A stretch of DNA of 64,000 nt, from positions 192,001 to 256,000 of the forward strand of contig CAVVHS010000009.1 in the NCBI GenBank assembly GCA_963748215.1, in the 5' to 3' direction. Within the stretch, counting starts at the first letter, position 1; every line of letters starts with the position of its first letter. The notes beneath the pieces were generated by a model, which was not told where the DNA came from, did not search any database, and saw only the letters and a program-made list of their open reading frames with translations. Shown one piece after another: positions 53,499 to 64,000 of the stretch. Source of the stretch: an uncultured Gammaproteobacteria bacterium. Its GTDB lineage: Bacteria > Pseudomonadota > Gammaproteobacteria > UBA9214. Both the position numbers and the translations under genes were made by a program.

Positions 53499-54734
53499 AT
53501 GGCGAAGAAGGCTGAAAAGAATCTGATTGTCGGTCTGGATATCGGCACCTCGAAGGTGGTGGCGATTGTCGGGGAGGTCATGCCTGACGGTGAGCTCGAG
53601 GTGATCGGCATCGGCTCGCATCCGTCGCGCGGCCTGAAAAAAGGCGTGGTGGTCAATATCGAGTCCACCGTGCACTCGATCCAGCGCGCGGTGGAAGAGG
53701 CTGAACTGATGGCAGGCTGCCAGATTCACTCGGTGTATGCCGGTATCGCGGGCAGCCACATCCGCAGCCTGAATTCACATGGCATCGTGGCGATCCGCGA
53801 CAAGGAGGTCACGCCCGGCGACGTGGAACGCGTCATCGACGCCGCACGCGCCGTGGCAATCCCGGCCGACCAGAAGATCCTGCACATCCTGCCGCAGGAT
53901 TTCGTGATCGATAACCAGGAGGGCATTCGCGAGCCGGTCGGCATGTCCGGTGTGCGCCTTGAGGCCAAGGTGCACATGGTCACCGGTGCCGTCAGTGCGG
54001 CGCAGAACATCATCAAGTGCGTGCGTCGCTGCGGACTGGAGGTGGACGACATCATCCTCGAACAACTGGCCTCGAGTTACTCGGTGCTGACCGAGGACGA
54101 GAAGGAACTCGGCGTCTGCCTCGTCGACATCGGCGGCGGTACCACCGATATCGCGGTGTTTACCGAGGGCGCGATTCGCCATACCGCGGTCATCCCGATC
54201 GCCGGTGACCAGGTCACCAATGACATCGCCGTCGCGCTGCGCACGCCCACGCAGCATGCCGAGGAGATCAAGATCAAGTACGCCTGCGCGCTGACCCAGC
54301 TGGCCAGCGCGGATGAAAGCATCGAGGTGCCGAGTGTCGGCGATCGGCCGCCGCGCCAGCTGGCGCGCCATACGCTGGCCGAGGTGGTCGAGCCGCGCTA
54401 CGAGGAATTGCTCACGCTGATCCAGGCCGAGTTGCGCCGCAGCGGCTTCGAGGACCTGGTGGCGTCAGGCATCGTGCTGACCGGCGGCAGCGCCAAGATC
54501 GAGGGACTGGTCGACCTCGCGGAAGAGGTCTTTCACATGCCGGTACGGCTGGGCGTTCCCCAGTACGTCACCGGCCTGGTTGATGTAGTACGCAACCCGA
54601 TATTCGCGACCGGTGTCGGGTTGTTGCTGTTCGGTCATCACAATCGTGACCAGCGGTCATTGGATATCGGTCTGGGCAAGGGCGTACGCGGGGTGTGGGA
54701 CAGGATGAAAGGCTGGTTTCAGGGAAATTTCTAG
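53499..54734 (+). CDS. ftsA: cell division protein FtsA
   Basis: GLDIGTSKV, DIGGGTTD, VLTGG, C-terminal amphipathic helix. Confidence 0.99.
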   Translation: MAKKAEKNLIVGLDIGTSKVVAIVGEVMPDGELEVIGIGSHPSRGLKKGVVVNIESTVHSIQRAVEEAELMAGCQIHSVYAGIAGSHIRSLNSHGIVAIRDKEVTPGDVERVIDAARAVAIPADQKILHILPQDFVIDNQEGIREPVGMSGVRLEAKVHMVTGAVSAAQNIIKCVRRCGLEVDDIILEQLASSYSVLTEDEKELGVCLVDIGGGTTDIAVFTEGAIRHTAVIPIAGDQVTNDIAVALRTPTQHAEEIKIKYACALTQLASADESIEVPSVGDRPPRQLARHTLAEVVEPRYEELLTLIQAELRRSGFEDLVASGIVLTGGSAKIEGLVDLAEEVFHMPVRLGVPQYVTGLVDVVRNPIFATGVGLLLFGHHNRDQRSLDIGLGKGVRGVWDRMKGWFQGNF

Positions 54735-54832
54735 AGTGAATGTAATTGTTGCCGTGATCGGAGAGGTTGTCACGGCGTTTGTTAATCATTTTTCAGGGCT
54801 AATTTTTGTTGTTTCTTTCAGGAGGAGACATC

Positions 54833-55999
54833 ATGTTTGAATTACTGGATTCATGCGGACAAAGTGCGGTTATCAAGGTAATCGGTGTCGGTGGCGGTGG
54901 CGGTAATGCCGTGCAGCATATGGTCGATGCCAACATCGACGGCGTGGAGTTCATCTGCGCCAATACCGATGCACAGGCCTTGCAGAACATGTCGGCACGC
55001 ACCACCTTGCAGATCGGCGGTTCCATCACCAAGGGTCTCGGAGCCGGTGCCAATCCCGATGTGGGTCGCCAGGCCGCACACGAAGACCGGGAACGCATCG
55101 CGGAGGTTATCGAGGGTGCCGACATGCTGTTCATTACCGCCGGCATGGGCGGCGGGACCGGTACCGGTGCGGCACCGGTGGTGGCACAGATCGCCAAGGA
55201 AATGGGCATCCTGACCGTGGCGGTGGTGACCAAGCCGTTCACCTTCGAAGGCAGCCGCCGCCTGCATGTCGCACACAACGGCATCAAGGAGCTGAGTCAG
55301 TACTGCGATTCACTGATCACGATCCCGAACGAGAAGCTGCAGCTGGTGCTGGGCAAGCAGATCAGCCTGCTGGCTGCCTTCAAGTCCGCCAACGATGTGC
55401 TGCTGGGCGCGGTGCAGGGTATTGCTGAGCTGATCACCCGCCCGGGCCTGATCAACGTCGACTTTGCGGACGTGCGCACGGTGATGTCCGAGATGGGCAT
55501 GGCGATGATGGGTTCCGGTACCGCGAAGGGTGACGATCGCGCACGCGAGGCCGCCGAGGCCGCCGTGGCCAGCCCGCTGCTCGAGGACATCGACCTGATG
55601 GGCGCCAACGGCATCCTGGTGAACGTCACTGCCGGCCTGGACCTGGGAATCGGCGAGTTCGAGGAGGTCGGCAACACGGTCAAGGAATTCGCTTCCGAGA
55701 ACGCGACCGTGGTGGTCGGCACCGTCATCGATCCGGACATGCGTGACGAACTGCGCGTTACCGTGGTCGCGACCGGTCTCGGCATGCAGCCGAAGCGACC
55801 CGCCGAAAAGCCCACGGGTCTGCATCTGAAAACGGTTACCCGGGAAGCAGCTGAGGGTGGCAAGGAGCCCGAGAATTACGATATTCCGACCGTGAAACGC
55901 CGGAGTGCGGCCCAGCGTGCCCAGGCGGTCGGCGGTAATTCGGCCGAGGACATGGATTATCTCGACATCCCGGCGTTTCTGCGCCGTCAGGCCGACTAG
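54833..55999 (+). CDS. ftsZ: cell division protein FtsZ
   Basis: GGGTGTG, C-terminal LDIPAFLRRQAD; GGAGG RBS. Confidence 0.99.
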   Translation: MFELLDSCGQSAVIKVIGVGGGGGNAVQHMVDANIDGVEFICANTDAQALQNMSARTTLQIGGSITKGLGAGANPDVGRQAAHEDRERIAEVIEGADMLFITAGMGGGTGTGAAPVVAQIAKEMGILTVAVVTKPFTFEGSRRLHVAHNGIKELSQYCDSLITIPNEKLQLVLGKQISLLAAFKSANDVLLGAVQGIAELITRPGLINVDFADVRTVMSEMGMAMMGSGTAKGDDRAREAAEAAVASPLLEDIDLMGANGILVNVTAGLDLGIGEFEEVGNTVKEFASENATVVVGTVIDPDMRDELRVTVVATGLGMQPKRPAEKPTGLHLKTVTREAAEGGKEPENYDIPTVKRRSAAQRAQAVGGNSAEDMDYLDIPAFLRRQAD

Positions 56000-56232
56000 C
56001 GAGTCGCGCGGTTGTGCAGGTCCCGGGCAAATCGCCCGGGATCCGGCGTGGTCCTGATAGCTACATGAAGCTGATATGTAGATAAGTTATTTTGATGACG
56101 AACTTATGCTGTATCAGACACATCAGAGTGTGACCGTATTCTAGGCAGGTTAATGAGCATGTGCTAATATTGCCGCGGCTTTCCTGGTGCTTGTCTGAGA
56201 ATAAGGCTCATTATTAGAGGAAACATAAGGCC

Positions 56233-57144
56233 ATGATTCGACAACGTACTCTCAAGAACGTGATTCGTGCGACTGGCGTGGGACTGCATACTGGCGAGAA
56301 AATCTACCTGACCTTGCGTCCGGCGCCGGTGGACACCGGTATCGTGTTTTGTCGTGTCGATCTGGAACATGTCGTGCAGATTGCAGCGCGCCCCGAGAAC
56401 GTGGGCGACACCCGTCTGTCCACGACACTGGTCAGTAACGGTGTCCGGATCTCCACGGTCGAACACCTGCTGTCGGCAATGGCCGGACTGGGCATCGACA
56501 ATGCCTACATCGACCTGAGCGCGGCCGAGGTCCCGATCATGGACGGCAGCGCCGGCCCGTTCGTATTCCTGATTCAGTCGGCAGGCATCGAGGAACAGGA
56601 TGCACCGAAGCGGTTCATCCGCATCAAGCACCCGGTGCAGGTCGAGGACGGTGACAAGATTGCCCGTTTCGAACCCTTTGACGGTTTCAAGGTGGGTTTT
56701 ACCATTGAATTCGATCACCCGGTCTTCAAGTCCAATACCCAGCATTCCGAGATCGATTTTTCCACGACCTCGTTCGTCAAGGAAGTCAGCCGGGCGCGCA
56801 CATTCGGTTTCATGCACGAGATCGAACAGCTGCGCGAGCGCAAGCTGGCGCTGGGCGGCAGCCTGGACAATGCCGTGGTGCTGGACAATTACCGGGTGCT
56901 GAATGAAGACGGTTTGCGTTACCGTGACGAATTCGTGAAACACAAGATACTGGATGCCATTGGCGACCTCTACCTGCTCGGTCACAGCCTGATTGGCGCC
57001 TTCAAGGGCTACAAGTCGGGACACGCGCTCAACAACAAGTTGCTGCGTGCGCTGGTGGCGGATGAGTCGGCCTGGGAGGAAGTGACATTTGAAGACATGA
57101 GCGAGGCGCCGATCTCGTTCCTGCAGCCGGTACCCGCCAGTTGA
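56233..57144 (+). CDS. lpxC: UDP-3-O-acyl-GlcNAc deacetylase
   Basis: [26 protein letters not shown]. Confidence 0.99.
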   Translation: MIRQRTLKNVIRATGVGLHTGEKIYLTLRPAPVDTGIVFCRVDLEHVVQIAARPENVGDTRLSTTLVSNGVRISTVEHLLSAMAGLGIDNAYIDLSAAEVPIMDGSAGPFVFLIQSAGIEEQDAPKRFIRIKHPVQVEDGDKIARFEPFDGFKVGFTIEFDHPVFKSNTQHSEIDFSTTSFVKEVSRARTFGFMHEIEQLRERKLALGGSLDNAVVLDNYRVLNEDGLRYRDEFVKHKILDAIGDLYLLGHSLIGAFKGYKSGHALNNKLLRALVADESAWEEVTFEDMSEAPISFLQPVPAS

Positions 57145-57158
57145 TCTGACACTCCGCT

Positions 57159-57206
57159 GCCTGCCGGTCCCGTCCTGACCCCAGGGTCAGGACGGGACCG
57201 GCAGGC
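57159..57206. repeat. perfect 23-bp inverted repeat between convergent lpxC and dciA
   Basis: GCCTGCCGGTCCCGTCCTGACCC-CA-GGGTCAGGACGGGACCGGCAGGC. Confidence 0.9.
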
Positions 57207-57310
57207 GTTAATACTGCAGTTTTCACTCCAGAGTCCGATACAGTCTGAGAGACATGCTCGTGCGGTTCACCGCCCGGGCAACCCGCCGGGCGATGTCCCG
57301 GTTGGCACGT

Positions 57311-57619
57311 CTAGGGGGCTGTTGTTTCAGGCGGACGCACCCGGATACGGATACTACGCAAGCTTACGCCGCCAGGCAGCGTAAGCTTCTTAACCAGTTG
57401 ATGCGTATGGAATCGTAGCCGGACAGCCCAGGCCGGGGAATCCGCTGCAAGTACCAGAATATTGCCATTGACGGCAAGCAGACGGCAGTGGGCCTGCAGC
57501 GGGTCGGGGAGTAACTGTTGCAGCTGTGCCTCCAGGTTCATCAGCAGGCGTGCCTGCGCGACCAGCCTGGATTGAGCATGGGCGCCAATTATTTCGTTTA
57601 TTTTTAAAGGTTTATCCAT
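57311..57619 (-). CDS. dciA: DciA (DUF721) replicative helicase loader family protein
   Basis: LPDPLQAHC...LVLAADSPAWAVRLRF; canonical position between lpxC and M23/secA. Confidence 0.85.
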   Translation of the reverse strand: MDKPLKINEIIGAHAQSRLVAQARLLMNLEAQLQQLLPDPLQAHCRLLAVNGNILVLAADSPAWAVRLRFHTHQLVKKLTLPGGVSLRSIRIRVRPPETTAP

Positions 57620-57643
57620 GCAAGCCTGGTAACGGGGTCGGCC

Positions 57644-58549
57644 ATGAACATCATACTGTTTACAAACCGGCGCGGACAGGTCTGGAATTTCGAATTCCGT
57701 CCGGTACTCGTCCTTACACTCATGGTCACGGTACTGGTGTCGATGGTGGCGGGCGCCTTCTATACCGGCCTTCATACCGGAGAGGATGAAATCGAGTATG
57801 TGTCGGAATGGCGCGAGGTGGTGCGTTCCCAGCACACGGATATCAAGGAGCTGCGCAAGACGGCACAGGCCGATATGAATGCCCTGACACTGCGCATCGG
57901 CCAGCTTCAGGGGCAGATGCTGCGACTCAACGCGCTGGGCGAACGCCTGGTCAGGCAGGGTGACCTCGATATCGCCGAATTCGACTTCGAAACGGTACCG
58001 GCAGTGGGCGGCCCGGAAGGCGCGGCAGAAGGCAGCCCGGTCGGTTTCAGCGATATCCTGACCATGCTCGACGGCCTGGATGCCGAAATGGCTGATCGCG
58101 AGCAGAAGCTGTCGGTGCTCGAATCCCTGCTGATGAGCCGCAGTCTCAGCGAACGCGTTATGCCGGCTGGCCGGCCGATCGGTGAAGGCTGGCTGTCCTC
58201 GCGATTCGGCAAGCGCAATGACCCCTTCACGGGCAAGCAGGAATTCCACAAGGGCCTTGATTTCGCCGGTAAAAAAGGTTCCGGGGTCGTTGCTGTCGGG
58301 GACGGCGTGGTCAGCTGGTCCGGACGGCGTTCCGGCTACGGCAACCTGGTCGAGGTCACGCACGGCAACGGTTACGTGACCCGCTACGGGCACAACGAGC
58401 GCAACCTGGTAAAGCTGGGTGACACCGTCAAGAAAGGTCAGCAGATTGCGCTGATGGGGTCCACCGGACGCTCGACCGGCCCCCATGTCCACTTCGAAGT
58501 ACGGCACAACGGCAAGGCGGTCAATCCGGCAAAATATCTGGGCGAGTAA
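57644..58549 (+). CDS. M23 family metallopeptidase with TM helix and coiled coil
   Basis: FHKGLDF, YGH, STGPHVHFEV. Confidence 0.95.
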   Translation: MNIILFTNRRGQVWNFEFRPVLVLTLMVTVLVSMVAGAFYTGLHTGEDEIEYVSEWREVVRSQHTDIKELRKTAQADMNALTLRIGQLQGQMLRLNALGERLVRQGDLDIAEFDFETVPAVGGPEGAAEGSPVGFSDILTMLDGLDAEMADREQKLSVLESLLMSRSLSERVMPAGRPIGEGWLSSRFGKRNDPFTGKQEFHKGLDFAGKKGSGVVAVGDGVVSWSGRRSGYGNLVEVTHGNGYVTRYGHNERNLVKLGDTVKKGQQIALMGSTGRSTGPHVHFEVRHNGKAVNPAKYLGE

Positions 58550-58686
58550 TCGCCCGGTCACGGTTGTACAAGCCGTGACCGTCTCTGCCGACGGCCCCGT
58601 CGGTTCTTCCCGCGCCACCTGCTATTTTGCAGATACATGCGGTATCATTCCCGGCTTCATCGGCGCTACCCGTTTCCCGGAAATTC

Positions 58687-61392
<2,706 letters not shown>

Positions 61393-61541
61393 GCCTGCGT
61401 ACGGTACCGGGACGCAGCCGGTACCGGATCGCGGTCATGCGTCCTCAGCGTATGCAGCAGATGGCAGGCATCGCCTGAGACATCCCTGAGTCAGAACCCC
61501 GCGTGCCCGTTACGGGCCGTTGTTATTCAAACCGTTACTAC

Positions 61542-62753
61542 ATGAAAAGCGAATCTTTGCCTGTCCTTCACCCGGTTGCCGGATTCCGGCTGGGTACCAC
61601 CAGCGCCGGCATCAGGAAGCCCGGCCGTCAGGACCTGGTGGTAATGGAGCTGGCCGAGGGTTCCGCCTGCGCCGCCGTGTTTACCCGCAACGAGTTCTGT
61701 GCTGCGCCGGTGATCGTGGCGCGCGAACATCTCGCCAGCACTGCACCGGCGTGCCTTATCGTCAATACCGGCAATGCCAATGCGGGTACCGGCGCCGCCG
61801 GGCTGGCCGACGCGCGCACATGCTGTGACGCCGCGGCGGGCCTGGCGCGGGTCAAGCCGGAGGCAGTGCTGCCGTTCTCGACCGGCGTGATCGGCGAACC
61901 ACTGGCAGTTGACCGGCTGGTCGCCGGCTTGCCGGGGGCCTTTGCACGGTTATCGGAAGATGGCTGGGCCGCGGCGGCGACCGGCATACTCACGACTGAC
62001 ACCGTGCCGAAGGGCGCCTCCCGGCGCCTCGAACTGGGCGGCCATACGGTGACGGTCACGGGGATTGCCAAGGGCTCGGGCATGATACGCCCGGATATGG
62101 CTACCATGCTTGCCTTTATCGCGACCGACGCGGCGGTCGATCCGGCTACCCTGCAGCGCTGCCTGTCGGCAGCGGTGGACAAGTCGTTCAACCGCATTAC
62201 CGTCGATGGCGACACCTCGACCAACGATGCCTGCGTACTGGTCGCAACCGGGAAGTCGCCCGCGCCGCCAATAGATGCCGACGACGCGAACCTTGCATGG
62301 TTCGGCGAGGCGGTCACCGCGGTTTGCGTCGAGCTGGCGCAGGCGATCGTGCGCGATGGCGAGGGAGCCACGCGATTCGTCACGGTGACGGTCGAACAGG
62401 GTGCCGACAGCCGCGAGTGTCTCCGGGTCGCCTACACCATTGCCCATTCCCCGCTCGTCAAGACGGCACTGTTCGCCGGCGACCCTAACTGGGGCCGGAT
62501 ACTGGCCGCGGTGGGGCGTGCCGGAATCGGCAATCTGGACATTGCCGCCGTGGAGATCTACCTGGACGATGTGTGTATCGTGCGGGATGGTGGACGTGCC
62601 GCAACTTATGCGGAGGCGGACGGCGAACGGGTGCTGTCGGGCAGCGAGTACGAAATTCGTGTCGTGCTGGGTCGGGGTGAAAGTCGCGAGCAGGTCTGGA
62701 CCTGCGACCTGTCATACGATTATGTGAAGATCAACGCGGAATACCGTACCTGA
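61542..62753 (+). CDS. argJ: ornithine acetyltransferase / N-acetylglutamate synthase
   Basis: TTDT, KGSGMI.PDMATML, DTSTND, YVKINAEYRT. Confidence 0.98.
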   Translation: MKSESLPVLHPVAGFRLGTTSAGIRKPGRQDLVVMELAEGSACAAVFTRNEFCAAPVIVAREHLASTAPACLIVNTGNANAGTGAAGLADARTCCDAAAGLARVKPEAVLPFSTGVIGEPLAVDRLVAGLPGAFARLSEDGWAAAATGILTTDTVPKGASRRLELGGHTVTVTGIAKGSGMIRPDMATMLAFIATDAAVDPATLQRCLSAAVDKSFNRITVDGDTSTNDACVLVATGKSPAPPIDADDANLAWFGEAVTAVCVELAQAIVRDGEGATRFVTVTVEQGADSRECLRVAYTIAHSPLVKTALFAGDPNWGRILAAVGRAGIGNLDIAAVEIYLDDVCIVRDGGRAATYAEADGERVLSGSEYEIRVVLGRGESREQVWTCDLSYDYVKINAEYRT

Positions 62754-62762
62754 GTGACAAGA

Positions 62763-62963
62763 CTATTGCGAGTCGTTCTCGTCAGTTAACAGCGTCGCGT
62801 CCTCCGCCGGGATGCGATGGCTTTCATCAAGCCAGCTGCCCAGATCGATCAGCCGGCAGCGCTCTGAACAAAACGGTCGCCAGGGCTGTGCCGGGCCCCA
62901 TTCGACAAGCACGGCGCAGGTCGGGCAGTTTACGGTTCGGGGACGGGTGCGCTCGGTATTCAT
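62763..62963 (-). CDS. yacG: DNA gyrase inhibitor YacG
   Basis: CPTC...[16 protein letters not shown]. Confidence 0.95.
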   Translation of the reverse strand: MNTERTRPRTVNCPTCAVLVEWGPAQPWRPFCSERCRLIDLGSWLDESHRIPAEDATLLTDENDSQ

Positions 62964-62972
62964 GACAGCTAC

Positions 62973-63824
62973 CTAGATGACGCAGCAGGCGAGTTCGAAT
63001 TCGACGTCCTGGTCAGTCTGTCTGGAGCGATCTTCCGCCGCGGAAAACTCCAGGAACCGTGCAGTAAAGCGGTGACGCCCGCCACTGAGTTCCGCAAAGT
63101 ACGGCACGCCGGGCGGTAACGCGATCCGGACCAGCTGGCAGGGCAGGTTGGGATCCAGGGTGCGCTGATACAGGCCGTGATTAGCCACTGCCCGCTTCAG
63201 GGGCGTGCTGTCGCGGGTCATCGACAGGATCAGCTGGATGGATTGCCCGATGGCATCGAAATTCCCCAGCCAGCGTAGCAGGTCCTGGTTGCGGGACGCT
63301 GCCGGCTGTTGCAGCCAGTAGTGGAATGCCGGCAAGTCGAAGTCACAGGTGCCTCCCGGTATCGCATTGCGCTGACGTATGCTGGTCAGGAATTCGCTGT
63401 TCTTGAGTTCGCTGGCGATCTGGCCATTGATGCCATGCATGCTGTCGATACGTCTGTTGATCCTGTCGAGTAACAGTCCGAGCTGGTCTGTGTCGACGGC
63501 CGGATTCTGGCCCAGCCGCTTCAGGTTGGCTGAATGGCGCTCGAGTTCCTTGATGACTTCGGACTTGAGATTGGTGTTGCCGAAAATATCCACGATTTCG
63601 AGGATACAGTCGAGCGTGGCACGACTGTCCCACTCGGAAGCAAGCTCCAGGTGATGACTGGCCTGCCTGAACAGATATTCGAGCCGCATGAAGGTTCGGG
63701 TGCGTTCGTTGAGGGGCTGTTCGTAGACTATCCTGCCCGTAGCCGGTGCCGGGTCCGGCTGCCGGGGCGTACCGGCGCCGGCCTTGCTGCGGTTGGCATA
63801 CTGGGTGTTGGAGCTAGTGCTCAT
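62973..63824 (-). CDS. zapD: cell division protein ZapD
   Basis: YEQPLNERTRTFMRLE, PGGTCDFDLP, SGGRHRF. Confidence 0.95.
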   Translation of the reverse strand: MSTSSNTQYANRSKAGAGTPRQPDPAPATGRIVYEQPLNERTRTFMRLEYLFRQASHHLELASEWDSRATLDCILEIVDIFGNTNLKSEVIKELERHSANLKRLGQNPAVDTDQLGLLLDRINRRIDSMHGINGQIASELKNSEFLTSIRQRNAIPGGTCDFDLPAFHYWLQQPAASRNQDLLRWLGNFDAIGQSIQLILSMTRDSTPLKRAVANHGLYQRTLDPNLPCQLVRIALPPGVPYFAELSGGRHRFTARFLEFSAAEDRSRQTDQDVEFELACCVI

Positions 63825-64000
63825 TCGATATGTCCATGAAGTGCATATGTAATTTCCGTGTCCGCTCGATCAGGACATCCACGCCGGCATCATTGACAAT
63901 GATATCGTCCGCTGCAGACAGGCGTGTTTTCCGATCGATTTGTGCGGCCATTATCCCGGCTACTACATTGTGTGACAGCCCATCGCGTGCGGCAACCCGT
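63814..64000 (-). CDS. coaE: dephospho-CoA kinase, C-terminal part (5' end outside window)
   Basis: Manual translation RVAARDG...IMAAQ...RLSAADDIIVND...*; coaE-zapD-yacG order. Confidence 0.92.
   Translation of the reverse strand, partial: RVAARDGLSHNVVAGIMAAQIDRKTRLSAADDIIVNDAGVDVLIERTRKLHMHFMDISNEH

Noticed and set aside
57620-58618. 435-aa minus-strand ORF 57311-58618
   Set aside because: Only the last 102 aa are DciA; the rest is antisense to the M23 gene.

Overview
High-GC gammaproteobacterial chromosome segment. Nt 1-12.4 kb: S10-spc-alpha ribosomal protein superoperon (partial rplD through rplQ, with secY and rpoA). Four essential genes in it (rplV, rpsC, rpsM, rpoA) carry frameshifts that are probably sequence errors. 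Nt 12.4-32.9 kb: accessory region between rplQ and uvrA. Its first half (about 12.4-25.1 kb) is visibly AT-richer, is bracketed by a degenerate inverted repeat, and is divided into short gene modules by a family of same-orientation imperfect palindromes: three 94-bp copies, one half copy, one copy split by a MITE, and one minimal 36-bp copy. This resembles an integron-like cassette array with non-attC sites and no recombinase in the window. Its cargo includes four VPLPA/PEP-CTERM surface proteins, a Na/Pi cotransporter, a glycine-zipper protein and a lambda Nu1-like protein. Nt 32.9-64 kb: core genes uvrA-MFS-ssb, the complete dcw cluster (mraZ to ftsZ, lpxC), dciA, an M23 peptidase, secA, argJ, yacG, zapD and partial coaE. 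No rRNA, tRNA, CRISPR array, integrase or transposase gene was recognised. All alignments and identity counts were done by eye.
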